DNA of 64,000 bases from Gemmatimonadales bacterium (GTDB lineage: Bacteria; Gemmatimonadota; Gemmatimonadetes; Gemmatimonadales; GWC2-71-9): positions 121,447 through 185,446 of the forward strand of contig CBDFJJ010000005.1 of the NCBI GenBank assembly GCA_965248285.1. Reading direction: 5' to 3'. Under the pieces are notes generated by a model, which worked only from the letters and a program-made list of their open reading frames with translations, was not told the DNA's origin and ran no database searches. Both the position numbers and the translations under genes were made by a program. Numbering within the stretch: the first letter of the stretch is position 1; every line of letters starts with the position of its first letter. Of this stretch, positions 8,092 to 18,098 are shown in pieces.

Positions 8092-9006
8092 CTAGAAGCC
8101 GTCCGTGTCGAAATGCACGAGATCGGTAAACGATCGTGCGCGCGCTGTGATCTCTGCGACACCGATTTCCTGAAATCGTTGCACGGAGAATCGCTCGACG
8201 GCAAACGATCCGGTAGTCGCACCGAACACCATGGCTCGGCGGAGATTCGCCCGCGAGAGGTCTCCCGAACGCGCCAGGTGCCCCATGAAGCCTCCCGCGA
8301 ACGCATCGCCGGCGCCTGTCGGATCGTAAATCTCCTCCAACGGAAATGCCGGTACGTAAAAGATACTCTTATCATCGACGAGGACGGCACCGTACTCGCC
8401 CTGTTTGATGATGACCATTCGCGGCCCGCGTTTCAGAATCCAGCGCGCCGCCCGGTAGATGTTCCAGTCACCCGACAATTGTCGCGCCTCGGCGTCGTTG
8501 ACCATGAGCACGTCGATGCGCTTCAACAACTGCATGAGCGTATCGGGTTGGCCGTCAATCCAGAAGTTCATCGTGTCGCATGCAACCAGATCTGGTTGTC
8601 GAACCTGATCCAGCACGCTCAGTTGGAGTTGCGGATCGATATTGCCGAGGAATACGAGTTTGGCATCGCGGTATGCGTCAGGGAGTTTGGGATCGAAATC
8701 TGAGAATACCCCTAATTGCGTGTCGATGGTCTCACGATTCTGGAGGTCGAAGGAGTACTTACCCTTCCACCGAAAGCTCTGACCGGCCGCCCGCTCGACC
8801 CCAGCGATGTCGATGCCTCGTTCGGCCATCCGCTCGAGTTCTTCGTTCGGGAAGTCATCGCCAATCACACCAACGGCCAGCACGGGATGAAAGAACGCGG
8901 CGGCATAGCCGAAAAAAGTGGCCGAGCCACCCAACGCATCGGCGGTGGACCCGAATGGCGTTTCTACCGAATCGAGTGCGATGCTACCGACGACGACTAA
9001 TCCCAT
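8092..9006 (-). CDS. PfkB-family carbohydrate kinase
   Basis: 304 aa. C-terminal DPTGAGDAFAGGF motif of ribokinase/PfkB kinases. Confidence 0.8.
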   Translation of the reverse strand: MGLVVVGSIALDSVETPFGSTADALGGSATFFGYAAAFFHPVLAVGVIGDDFPNEELERMAERGIDIAGVERAAGQSFRWKGKYSFDLQNRETIDTQLGVFSDFDPKLPDAYRDAKLVFLGNIDPQLQLSVLDQVRQPDLVACDTMNFWIDGQPDTLMQLLKRIDVLMVNDAEARQLSGDWNIYRAARWILKRGPRMVIIKQGEYGAVLVDDKSIFYVPAFPLEEIYDPTGAGDAFAGGFMGHLARSGDLSRANLRRAMVFGATTGSFAVERFSVQRFQEIGVAEITARARSFTDLVHFDTDGF

Positions 9007-9057
9007 GCTATCATCCGTTCCGGGGAATTGGCTGGCTGGCAGACGACTAGAGACGTA

Positions 9058-9351
9058 TCAGGCGTCGGATTCCTTTGGCTTTGACGAACCGGAGTCAGGT
9101 TTCTTGGATTTCTCCCCGCTCTTCGACGAGTCCTGCGCAGCGGAGTCAGGCTTGTCCTTCGGTGACCCCGCCCTTTTGTAGTCGGTCTCGTAGAAGCCAG
9201 ATCCTTTGAACACCACGCCCGCTCCACCCGAGATGATCCGATCGCCCGCCGTTCCGCACTTCGGACATTCGGCTCTGGTCTCGTCGCTCATCTTCTGCAT
9301 TTTTTCGTATTGGTCCCCGCATGCGGGGCATTTATACCCGTATGTGGGCAT
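9058..9351 (-). CDS. FmdB-family zinc-ribbon protein
   Basis: MPTYGYKCPACGDQYEKMQKMSDE...CPKCG is the classic FmdB/CxxC-x-CxxC N-terminus. Low-complexity acidic/serine tail. Confidence 0.8.
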   Translation of the reverse strand: MPTYGYKCPACGDQYEKMQKMSDETRAECPKCGTAGDRIISGGAGVVFKGSGFYETDYKRAGSPKDKPDSAAQDSSKSGEKSKKPDSGSSKPKESDA

Positions 9352-9420
9352 GATGCACTCTACCGACTTTGGGAATGTCGTGGAAACAACCGGGCATCTT
9401 AGCGGCCACCCGTGGCCTGG

Positions 9421-9492
9421 TCAAGCAGGGTAGTCTGGTCAAGCAGGGTGGTCTGGTCAAGCAGGGTGGTCTGGTTAAGCAGGACGGTATAC
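9421..9492. repeat. 18-bp tandem repeat (3 full units plus a diverged unit containing the mutase stop)
   Basis: tcaagcagggtRgtctgg at 9421-9438, 9439-9456 and 9457-9474. The unit at 9475-9492 (ttaagcaggacggtatac) is the 3' end of the mutase gene. Confidence 0.9.
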
Positions 9493-11043
9493 CCCCCAAG
9501 GCTTGCGTAGGGTGTCGCTGATCTCTCCCACGGTCGCTCGCGCACGCACGGCGTCCAGGATCAACGGCATCAACCGCGCGTCACCACCGGCGCCATCGGT
9601 CAGGGCTTCGACGGCCGCGGCATAAGCTGCTTTATCTCGGCCGGCGCGGGTGCTCCGCACCCGCTCCCTCTGCTGACCCGCCAACGCGTCATAATCCGGA
9701 GACGGCATGCTGCTCGGTGGTTCATACACCTCGAATTGATTCACACCCACGACCACCTTGTCTTTCGCCTCCAGCGCGCGCTGGTCGTCGTACGCCGCCT
9801 GGCTGATGGCACGCTGGAAGAAACCCGACTCGATGGCACGCGCCGCCCCACCGCGTTTCTCAACCTCCGTCAACAACTCACGCGCCTCCAGCTCGATCGT
9901 GTTTGTCAGATACTCGACGTAATGCGACCCGCCCAAGGGATCCGCGGTCTGTGCTACACCGGACTCGTGCGCGAGGACTTGCTGCGTGCGAAGTGCCAAT
10001 CGCGCCGCATTCTCAGACGGAAGTGCGAGTGCTTCGTCGTATCCGTTTGTGTGGAGGGACTGTGTTCCCCCCAACACGGCCGCCAGCGCTTGAACGGTCA
10101 CTCGGACGACGTTGTTGAGGGGCTGGTGCGCCGTGAGCGTCGAACCACCAGTCTGCGTGTGAAACCGCAAGCGGCAGCTCTTGTCACACCCTCCGTAACG
10201 GTCGCTGACGATCGTCGCCCACAGCCTCCGCGCAGCGCGGAACTTCGCCACCTCTTCGAAGAGGTCGTTGTGCGCGGCAAAGAAAAACGACATGCGCGGT
10301 GCGATGTCGTCGATGAGCAGGCCGCGCGCCACAGCACGATCCAGATACTCGATGGCGTTTGCCAAGGTAAACGCCACTTCTTGAATCGCCGTCGATCCGG
10401 CCTCGCGCATATGGTAACCGCTCACCGAGATCGGGTTGAATGCCATCCGTTCTTCCGCCACAAAAGCCAAGATGTCCGTGGCCAGCCGCAGCGAGGGTTC
10501 GAGCGGGTAGATATATGTCCCACGCGCGACGTATTCCTTGAGTACGTCATTCTGAAGGGTGCCGCGGAGCTTGTCTTGCGACGTTCCCTGCTCTTCACCC
10601 ACGACGACATACATGGCCAAAAGGATCGCGGCCGTGGCGTTGATCGTCATTGAGGTTGATACGGCATCGAGGGGAATGCCATCGAACACGGCAGCGAAGT
10701 CATCGACACTGTCGATCGCGACGCCGGCGCGGCCCACTTCTCCCTCCGCCCTCGGAGAGTCCGAGTCCAATCCCATTTGGGTCGGCAGATCGAAGGCGAC
10801 CGACAGCCCCGTCTGACCAGCGTCGAGCAATTGCCGAAAGCGTTCGTTGGTCTCTTTGGCCGTACCGAACCCTGCGTACTGTCGCATGGTCCAAAGACGA
10901 CTACGATACATACCGCCATGAATACCACGCGTAAACGGAAACTCGCCCGGTACCTCACGCTCGGCATCTCCGATATCTACCCGCTGGGGTCCGTACGATT
11001 CTTCGATTGGGATTCCGGCGGGCGATCGTCGCTCGTCGGTCAT
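9475..11043 (-). CDS. methylmalonyl-CoA mutase family, catalytic (large, TIM-barrel) subunit without B12-binding domain
   Basis: 522 aa. [28 protein letters not shown] and [13 protein letters not shown] are hallmark acyl-CoA mutase motifs. Confidence 0.85.
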   Translation of the reverse strand: MTDERRSPAGIPIEESYGPQRVDIGDAEREVPGEFPFTRGIHGGMYRSRLWTMRQYAGFGTAKETNERFRQLLDAGQTGLSVAFDLPTQMGLDSDSPRAEGEVGRAGVAIDSVDDFAAVFDGIPLDAVSTSMTINATAAILLAMYVVVGEEQGTSQDKLRGTLQNDVLKEYVARGTYIYPLEPSLRLATDILAFVAEERMAFNPISVSGYHMREAGSTAIQEVAFTLANAIEYLDRAVARGLLIDDIAPRMSFFFAAHNDLFEEVAKFRAARRLWATIVSDRYGGCDKSCRLRFHTQTGGSTLTAHQPLNNVVRVTVQALAAVLGGTQSLHTNGYDEALALPSENAARLALRTQQVLAHESGVAQTADPLGGSHYVEYLTNTIELEARELLTEVEKRGGAARAIESGFFQRAISQAAYDDQRALEAKDKVVVGVNQFEVYEPPSSMPSPDYDALAGQQRERVRSTRAGRDKAAYAAAVEALTDGAGGDARLMPLILDAVRARATVGEISDTLRKPWGVYRPA

Positions 11044-12056
11044 TGGACCGCGGCTTCGACTTCCTGAAGCGTTCGCTCGACGAAAGCGACATCATCGCGG
11101 CTCCCGATCACGAGCGGTGTCCGTTGATGCAGTTCGGTGGGCACGATGTCCAAAATCGGGCCCTCGCCGTCGGACGCCGCTCCTCCGGCCTGCTCGGCCA
11201 CGAACGCGAGCGGACACGCCTCGTACAGCAAACGGAGTTTGCCCGCGGGTGACTTGGTGTCGGCCGGATACATGAATATCCCGCCGGCCAGCAGATTGCG
11301 GTGGAAGTCGGCCACGAGTGACCCGATGTAGCGGGCATTCTTTCCGTTGCCGTCGCCATCAACCCCTTTGAAACATCCTACCGCCTTTTGGTATCCGGGA
11401 GACCAACAAGTGTAGTTGCTTTCGTTGATGCTATAATATCTACCCGTTGGTGGGGTCTCCACATCGTGGTTGACGAGACGGAACTCACCGATAATCGGAT
11501 CGAGCGTGAAACAATGCACGCCGTTCCCCGCCGAATACACCATCACGGTGCTCGACCCGTAGATCACATAACCCGCGGCAACCTGGTTCCGCCCTTTTTG
11601 CAAACAGTCGACGACGTCTGCACATCCGTCGGCCGACACCCGGCGTTGGATAGAAAAGATCGTGCCGATGGAAACGTTCACGTCGATGTTCGACGACCCG
11701 TCGAGCGGATCGAACAACACGATGTACTTTCCGGAAGCCGCGCTGGCATCCGCCGGAATCGGGTCCTCCTCCTCCTCCGACGCCATGAGTGATACCCGCC
11801 CGGTATGCCGCAGCGCCTCTTTCATCACGTCATTGGCGAGCACATCGAGTTTTTGCTGCTCCTCACCTTGCACATTCACCTTGCCTGCGGTGCCCAAGAC
11901 GTCCACCAATCCGGCGCTACGCATGTGTCCCGAGATAATCTTCGCAGCTAACGTGACGTCGTAGAGAAGGTGCGAGAGTTCCCCGGTTGCCTGCGGGTGC
12001 AGACGTTCCTGCTCCGTGATGAACCGTTCGATGGTAACCAACTCAGAAAAGCGCAA
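11040..12056 (-). CDS. fbp: fructose-1,6-bisphosphatase class I
   Basis: 338 aa with [34 protein letters not shown] and GGIFMYP motifs. Confidence 0.9.
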   Translation of the reverse strand: MRFSELVTIERFITEQERLHPQATGELSHLLYDVTLAAKIISGHMRSAGLVDVLGTAGKVNVQGEEQQKLDVLANDVMKEALRHTGRVSLMASEEEEDPIPADASAASGKYIVLFDPLDGSSNIDVNVSIGTIFSIQRRVSADGCADVVDCLQKGRNQVAAGYVIYGSSTVMVYSAGNGVHCFTLDPIIGEFRLVNHDVETPPTGRYYSINESNYTCWSPGYQKAVGCFKGVDGDGNGKNARYIGSLVADFHRNLLAGGIFMYPADTKSPAGKLRLLYEACPLAFVAEQAGGAASDGEGPILDIVPTELHQRTPLVIGSRDDVAFVERTLQEVEAAVQ

Positions 12057-14260
12057 CGGACCCTCTCCACAAATTGAGGTGATTTGCCCTGGTCGATCTC
12101 AAAGTAGCTCCCGTCCGTCCGGATCGTCACCGTCCCACCCTCATCCGTCCGAAACACCGCCACGTCACGATCGGCGAGCCGCCGAATAACGGCCGGCGCC
12201 GGGTGACCGAAGCGATTGTTGCGCCCAACACTAATCACCGCCACCCTCGGCCGGATGACGTCCAGAAACGGCGCCGACGTGCTTCCCGCTGAGCCGTGGT
12301 GCCCCACCTTCAAGAGCTCGACCGGGCCCAACCGAGGGTGGATCTCGGACTCGGCCGGCAATCCGGCATCGCCGGCGAATATGGCGTCGAATTCCTTGAA
12401 GCGCAGGTGAAGGATCAACGAATTCTCATTCGGCGAGGATACGCGGCCGATCCACCGGGCGGATGGGTGCAAAACCGCGACCACCACCGAATCGATCTCG
12501 AGTGTGTCTCCGGCCCGCGCCGCCCGCCACTCCCCAGCAAAGGCGTCCACGACGCCGAGATATTCCCTGTACAGAGCGGTTCCCAATGGCTGGGCCGGCT
12601 CCAACACCAGGGCGGGCCTGGTGTGCTCGATGACCGTCACCAGACCCCCCAAATGGTCGGCGTCGCCATGCGACACGAAGGCCACGTCGAGTCGTTGAAC
12701 GCCTCGCCGCCGGAAAAAGGGCATCACCACCCGACGGCCGGCATCGGCATCACCGAATCGTGGCCCTGCGTCGATGAGCATCCAACGTCCCCGAGGAGTA
12801 CGCACAGCAATCGCGTCTCCCTGCCCAACCGCCAGAACGTGTATCGACAGCTTGCCGTCATCCGATCGGCCCCTACCCCCAAGACGCGGCATCGCTACCA
12901 AACCCCAGACCACCACCGCCAGGGCGCCGGCGGCTCGATACCTGACCACCACCCACCGGGGCGCCCGCCATGTCGTCCAAACCGCCGCCCCGAGAACCCC
13001 CAACCACGGCAGGGCGAAGGACCAACCCGGTTCTCCGCTCAGATGCCCCCAGGGGATCTTGGTGGCTACCACCGCGATACGTTCGATCGCCGAGAGGACC
13101 AAACCCGCGCTCGCCGCCAATGTGGATCCGAAAGCGATACTCGCAAAGATGGCGGGTACCGCGACGCCTGCGAGGGGAACGGCGAGCAAATTCGACAGCA
13201 TCCCGATCGGCGCCACGCTGCCAAACGCCAGCGCCGTGATCGGGGCCGTCGCGAGCGTTGCACCACATGAAACCGCGGACAACCTCGTCAGACCGACGTG
13301 GCGGGATCGTGACAACCCGACTGCCCACACCGTCCCCCCGACAGCGGCGATCGATAACCATGCGCCGACCGAACTCACTGCACTGGGATCGAGCGTCCAT
13401 ACCACCAGCGCGGCCACGGCCAAGACGGCCGACGGCGGCGGTCTTCGCTGGCGCGACCGCCCCACCGCATAGATCGCCACGAACGCCGCCGCCCGCGTCG
13501 CCGGCGCGGGAAACCCGAGCAGCGCCACGTACGCCCAAGTGACGATCGCGCTGACGGGCCAGCTAACCCGCGATCCGAGCACGGCGCGGGCGACCAGGCG
13601 AGTCCAAGCGGCGACCATGCCGACGTGCAAGCCCGAGATCGCGAGGAGGTGAGCCAGCCCGGCGCCCGTAAAGAGGGCACGAAGCTCGGGATCCAGATCC
13701 TCTCGCCGGCCGAGAACAATCGCATCGACGAGTCCGGCCCGGGCGCCGTAGAGTCGGTGGATGCGGTGAGCGATGCGTTCGCGAACTCGAAAACGCAGCG
13801 GAATGCGATGGCCGGACAGTTGGCGCAGATGCCGCACACGCATCCAGCCCGGGGAGTGGACGGTGCCCACCACCACCACCGTCTCTCCGCTGATCGGCAG
13901 CCTTTCGGTGGTGAAGCGAAGACGCACCCGACCCCGGCAGCCCTCCGGCGCATGGACGACGCTGGCGGTGGCGGTTCCGCCACCACCCGGTGCGTCGTGT
14001 ACGCGGACGTACGCCGCGTGTGCTCCCTTTGCCCATTGTTGGGCACACCCTTCAGCAGCGCGGCGTCGGGCGACCGAACCCACTGTGACACCGACGAGAA
14101 GAGCACAGAGCAAACGGTGCCGCCACGCCAAGGTCTTTCGGCCGACGATAAGGAGCACCGCGGTGACACACAGGGAGGGAACGGGCGGAACCAGGACTAT
14201 GAGGGCGACCGCCATGCCTGCGGTGTACGCGACGGCGAACCGAGCGACCGGCGTCCCCAC
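11948..14260 (-). CDS. comEC: DNA internalization competence protein ComEC/Rec2
   Basis: 770 aa. Polytopic competence domain (AGLAHLLAISGLHVG) plus a C-terminal metallo-beta-lactamase domain (VGQGDA...SHGDADHLGG...VGHHGS). The 3' tail overlaps the fbp start by about 109 nt. Confidence 0.8.
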   Translation of the reverse strand: MGTPVARFAVAYTAGMAVALIVLVPPVPSLCVTAVLLIVGRKTLAWRHRLLCALLVGVTVGSVARRRAAEGCAQQWAKGAHAAYVRVHDAPGGGGTATASVVHAPEGCRGRVRLRFTTERLPISGETVVVVGTVHSPGWMRVRHLRQLSGHRIPLRFRVRERIAHRIHRLYGARAGLVDAIVLGRREDLDPELRALFTGAGLAHLLAISGLHVGMVAAWTRLVARAVLGSRVSWPVSAIVTWAYVALLGFPAPATRAAAFVAIYAVGRSRQRRPPPSAVLAVAALVVWTLDPSAVSSVGAWLSIAAVGGTVWAVGLSRSRHVGLTRLSAVSCGATLATAPITALAFGSVAPIGMLSNLLAVPLAGVAVPAIFASIAFGSTLAASAGLVLSAIERIAVVATKIPWGHLSGEPGWSFALPWLGVLGAAVWTTWRAPRWVVVRYRAAGALAVVVWGLVAMPRLGGRGRSDDGKLSIHVLAVGQGDAIAVRTPRGRWMLIDAGPRFGDADAGRRVVMPFFRRRGVQRLDVAFVSHGDADHLGGLVTVIEHTRPALVLEPAQPLGTALYREYLGVVDAFAGEWRAARAGDTLEIDSVVVAVLHPSARWIGRVSSPNENSLILHLRFKEFDAIFAGDAGLPAESEIHPRLGPVELLKVGHHGSAGSTSAPFLDVIRPRVAVISVGRNNRFGHPAPAVIRRLADRDVAVFRTDEGGTVTIRTDGSYFEIDQGKSPQFVERVRCAFLSWLPSNGSSRSRNVCTRRQPGNSRTFSTTSR

Positions 14261-14348
14261 GATCGTTTACCGCCGCGCCCGAAGAGTGTTCGCGCGACGT
14301 AACCTGGTGGTTGCTGTCTCTAACGGAGTCCTCGGTAGGGCTCGAGTT

Positions 14349-15686
14349 TCAACCCAGGACGGCCAGTTGGCGGCGGGTGGAAGTCGGGGTGCCCGTGAAT
14401 GTCGCACCGGTGGTACCGCTGAGGCGGACATGTTGGTACGACCCGATGAGGGTGGAGGGCCCCTCGATGAGCACCACCTTGTTGGTCCTTGTCCGCGACT
14501 GCAGCAAATCGCCCCGCCGGGCTTGTTTTTCCACCAGGACCTCGTGCGTACCGCCGACGAGCCCGGCGTTCTTTGTCCGCGCCACTTTGCGCACCGTCGC
14601 GATGAGCCGCTCCAACCGTTCGCCTGCCACGTCGCCGGGCACGTGATCCTTGATCTTGACGGCCGGCGTACCGTCTCGAACCGAGTACTTGAACGTGAAC
14701 GCGTCGTCGAACTGCACGCTGCGTACCAGGCTCTCGGTCTCGAGGAAATCTTCCTCTGTCTCTCCAGGAAAACCGACGATGATGTCCGTTGTGATCGCCA
14801 GCTCGGGTATGGCGGCTCGCAAACGTGCAACGCACTCGATGTACGAATCTCGATCGTAGCGTCGCAGCATGCGCTTGAGCACACTCGTCGAGCCGCTCTG
14901 AACCGGGAGATGGACGTGCTCACACACTTCCGGGACGTCGGCCATCGCCGTGATGACCGCCGAGCTGAAATCATTCGGGTGTGGACTCGTGAACCGCACT
15001 CTGCGAATGCCATCCACTCCTCCGACCGCGCGCAGGAGATCTGCAAAGTCGTGCGTTCCGTCGTGATAGCTGTTGACCGTCTGCCCAAGCAGGGTCACCT
15101 CGGTGACGCCGGTGGCGACGAGGGCCTGCACCTCACCAACGACATCCCCCAGCATACGGCTTCGTTCGGGACCGCGCGTCATCGGAACAATGCAGAACGT
15201 GCACCGATAATTGCATCCTCGTTGTACCGTCACGAAGGCACTGGCTCGATCGCCCCCGCCCCCGCCCCCGCCCCGTGCCGGCGGAACGTCTTCATAGTGT
15301 TCCCATGACTTGAAGTCGACGTCCACCGACCGCTCTCCGCCCGCCGCCCGGCGGATCAACTCCGGCAACGCACGGTATCCGTCCGGGCCGACCACGAGGT
15401 CGACGTGCGGGATCCGCTTCAAGAGATCGGGCCCCAACCGCTGCGCCATGCACCCAACCACCCCCAGCACGTCTCCTGCCCTCTTATGGCGCTTCAAATC
15501 CCCCACCCGACCGTAGATCCGTTGCTCGGCGTTGTCACGAACCGCACACGTGTTCACCAGAATCACGTCGGCATCCTCGGGGGTTTCCATAACCGAGAAT
15601 CCGTTACGGCCCAGCAGTCCGAAGATCAGCTCCGTGTCGGCCACGTTCATTTGGCAGCCGTAGGTCTCCACGTAGATCCGTTTCAT
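14349..15686 (-). CDS. miaB: tRNA-i6A37 methylthiotransferase MiaB
   Basis: MKRIYVETYGCQMNVADTE N-terminus, radical-SAM CNYRCTFC motif and a TRAM-like C-terminus. Confidence 0.9.
   Translation of the reverse strand: MKRIYVETYGCQMNVADTELIFGLLGRNGFSVMETPEDADVILVNTCAVRDNAEQRIYGRVGDLKRHKRAGDVLGVVGCMAQRLGPDLLKRIPHVDLVVGPDGYRALPELIRRAAGGERSVDVDFKSWEHYEDVPPARGGGGGGGDRASAFVTVQRGCNYRCTFCIVPMTRGPERSRMLGDVVGEVQALVATGVTEVTLLGQTVNSYHDGTHDFADLLRAVGGVDGIRRVRFTSPHPNDFSSAVITAMADVPEVCEHVHLPVQSGSTSVLKRMLRRYDRDSYIECVARLRAAIPELAITTDIIVGFPGETEEDFLETESLVRSVQFDDAFTFKYSVRDGTPAVKIKDHVPGDVAGERLERLIATVRKVARTKNAGLVGGTHEVLVEKQARRGDLLQSRTRTNKVVLIEGPSTLIGSYQHVRLSGTTGATFTGTPTSTRRQLAVLG
15253..15274 (-). repeat. (GGGGC)n pentanucleotide tract inside miaB (G-quadruplex-type motif on the coding strand)
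   Basis: The plus strand reads C5 G C5 G C5 G C4. This encodes the GGGGGG insertion in the linker ...PPARGGGGGGDRASAFVTVQRGCNYRC. Confidence 0.9.
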
Positions 15687-15693
15687 GTATCGA

Positions 15694-16938
15694 TCACGCC
15701 ACCTCTGCCAGCAGTGTTCCGTCCACCTCGTGGCGCAGGCGCGCGTGGAAACGCGCCGTGTACGGCCGGTCGGCCGACAAATAGACGTCGAGGTAGTCCT
15801 CCGTCAGTCCTTGGATGCTTCCCTGGTGCCTGCGCAGCACCACGATGTCGGCGCTGCCGCCATCCCTACGCGCGCGATAGTCAGCTCCTTTTTGCGTGGC
15901 GATTGCCCGCAACTCCGCCGAGCGGTGCGATGCGACCTGAGGGTCCACAGGCCGGCCGATCCGACGCGCCGGTGCACCCGGGCGCTCCGAGTAGGGAAAA
16001 ACATGCAAATATGTGAACGGCAGCGCTTCGATCAGCGAACGCGTGGCCCTGTAATCTTGTACGGTTTCCCCTGGAAACCCGACGATGACATCCGCACCAA
16101 GCCCCAGGGCCGGCACCTGGTCGGCAAGGGCCTCACATCGCTCCCTATAGGTCCGCGCGGTGTACCAGTGCCGACCCATGCGCTTCAGGATCGGATCACT
16201 GCCGGACTGCAGCGGAGCATGCAAATGCGGCGCCAGACGATCTGGCGCGTCGCTCATGAGGTTCGCGATGCGGTCGTCGACCTCGGTCGCCTCCACCGAA
16301 GACAGCCGAAAACGGGTACCCGACACTTCGTCGATCAATCGTTCGACCAACACTCCGAGATCCAACGCCTCGTTGAGGTCTTTCCCGTAGCTTCCGATGT
16401 GCACTCCCGTGAGGACGATCTCCTCGTGTGCTTCACTCAGCCCTTGGGCTTCCTGAACGATATCCCGAATCGGCCGGGAACGATTTGCACCTCGGGCGAG
16501 CGTAGTCGCACAAAACGTACAGTGTTCGTCGCAGCCATCTTGGATCTTCAACCACGCTCGCGTACCTCGGGGGAAGGAACGCAGAATCGGATCGATGCGA
16601 TCGGGGTCCAGACCAACCACGGGGAGCACGTCGCTCGGGTCCGCACCCGCCACTACGGAAACCACACCAGGAAGCGACGCCAGCGCGCCGTCGTCCACCG
16701 CGGCAGCGCATCCCATGACGACCGTGTGTAGTTCCGGCCGGCCGCGGTGCAGCCGTCGTACGAAGCTCCGCATCTTGGCCTCGCCGGTATGCGTGACCGT
16801 ACAGGAATTGACGATGGCAAAGTCCGCTGAATCGGGATCGGCCACGGCCGTTGCCCCCGCCGACTCGAGCGCTTGTCGCACCGCTTCGGAATCGTACTGG
16901 TTGGCCTTGCAACCAAAGGTGTGGAGATAAAAACGCAT
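15694..16938 (-). CDS. mtaB: MtaB-like radical-SAM methylthiotransferase
   Basis: Start moved to ATG 16938 (MRFYLHTFGCKANQYDSE). CDEHCTFC radical-SAM motif. Adjacent to miaB. Confidence 0.8.
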   Translation of the reverse strand: MRFYLHTFGCKANQYDSEAVRQALESAGATAVADPDSADFAIVNSCTVTHTGEAKMRSFVRRLHRGRPELHTVVMGCAAAVDDGALASLPGVVSVVAGADPSDVLPVVGLDPDRIDPILRSFPRGTRAWLKIQDGCDEHCTFCATTLARGANRSRPIRDIVQEAQGLSEAHEEIVLTGVHIGSYGKDLNEALDLGVLVERLIDEVSGTRFRLSSVEATEVDDRIANLMSDAPDRLAPHLHAPLQSGSDPILKRMGRHWYTARTYRERCEALADQVPALGLGADVIVGFPGETVQDYRATRSLIEALPFTYLHVFPYSERPGAPARRIGRPVDPQVASHRSAELRAIATQKGADYRARRDGGSADIVVLRRHQGSIQGLTEDYLDVYLSADRPYTARFHARLRHEVDGTLLAEVA

Positions 16939-16955
16939 GTTTGTCGGCTCGCCTA

Positions 16956-18098
16956 TTAGCGAATGGGCGTCACGGTAATGCCGACGGTGATGTACCACCC
17001 GCGCTCACTGGCCCCGGCACCGTCTCGCCGAAACCGCTGCAAGGCGACATCGATGACGGCGCGATTGGAGGCAAATGGCGCCCCGGTGCCAATGGAGTAG
17101 TTCCATTCGGTGGGTTGATCGGTCGTCGGGCTGAACGGCAACTGGGCGTAACGGATTCCCAGCCGCAACGGAAATTTCGCTCCCTGTCCCCCCGAGCTGA
17201 TCTCCAGCCCCGACCCCACTTCCCAGGTGTCGAACGCGCTGGTTCCGCCAGCCGATACGCCGCCTCGGGTGCGACTCCACGACCGCCACCTGGCGGTGGT
17301 CATCCAAACCACCTGGGACGTTAGCCCGAGAGACGCACCGAACGCCAACGAGGCCGGCATCGTCACACTCGGAGCAGCAGCCTCTTCCAAAAGAAGACTC
17401 AACGAAGAATTCCATCTCGCGGCCACGGAGAAACCCAGCCGCGTATTTGGCAGCCAAAGGAGCCCCCCGGACAGCGACCTTCCCGAGAAGCGCAGCACAT
17501 CGGTCTCACGGAAGGGCTGGAACTCATCATTTTCAAAGGCTCGAGCCGCCGTGACGCGACTGGATCCGGCCAGAAAGTGAAACGCCCCGCCAACCGCCAA
17601 CGTGGGTGACGCACGCCACCCGATGGCAGCCCGCACATCGACGACGCCACCCTCGGCAGTTACGTGATCATTCACGGGAATATCGATCTGACCCACCGCA
17701 ACGGTATCCGACGTCAGGAGGTCGAACGACCGCTCGGCGAACGTCGAAAAACTCACTTGCCACGAAAACGGAGACCGGGCGATGCCACCGCCCAAGAAAA
17801 TCAAGGGAAACCGGGTCTCCTGCAAACCCGTGGCGCCGGCCCCGGACGTCGTGTAGCTACGGAACGTCGTCCCGGATACGGCGCCGACGGTTACTTGGCC
17901 GAACGCGGCCGCCAACGCAGGGTTGAGAACCGATGCCCGATCGAATAGATCAGCTCCACCACCCATCGCCAGCGACCGCACGCCCGCGGCACGTCCGGGA
18001 AAGCCCAGACCCCGGATACCGAACACCGAGTTCTGTGCTTCGAGCGACGCCGGACCCACCGCTACCAGCAGACTCAAGAAGATGAGACGCTGCTTCAT
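16956..18098 (-). CDS. putative outer-membrane beta-barrel protein
   Basis: Signal peptide MKQRLIFLSLLVAVGPASLEAQ. Alternating beta-strand-like sequence, with an aromatic residue near the C-terminus. Confidence 0.55.
   Translation of the reverse strand: MKQRLIFLSLLVAVGPASLEAQNSVFGIRGLGFPGRAAGVRSLAMGGGADLFDRASVLNPALAAAFGQVTVGAVSGTTFRSYTTSGAGATGLQETRFPLIFLGGGIARSPFSWQVSFSTFAERSFDLLTSDTVAVGQIDIPVNDHVTAEGGVVDVRAAIGWRASPTLAVGGAFHFLAGSSRVTAARAFENDEFQPFRETDVLRFSGRSLSGGLLWLPNTRLGFSVAARWNSSLSLLLEEAAAPSVTMPASLAFGASLGLTSQVVWMTTARWRSWSRTRGGVSAGGTSAFDTWEVGSGLEISSGGQGAKFPLRLGIRYAQLPFSPTTDQPTEWNYSIGTGAPFASNRAVIDVALQRFRRDGAGASERGWYITVGITVTPIR

Noticed and set aside
5437-9492. Possible CRISPR arrays (heptad arrays, 18-bp tandem repeat)
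   Set aside because: The repeats are contiguous with no unique spacers, the units are far shorter than CRISPR repeats, and no cas genes are nearby.
11948-12056. The 109-nt overlap between the comEC 3' end and the fbp 5' end as a possible frameshift or fusion
   Set aside because: The fbp N-terminus is canonical from ATG 12056, and the comEC tail after the beta-lactamase domain is simply unconserved. An ordinary overlap in a compact operon is the simpler reading.
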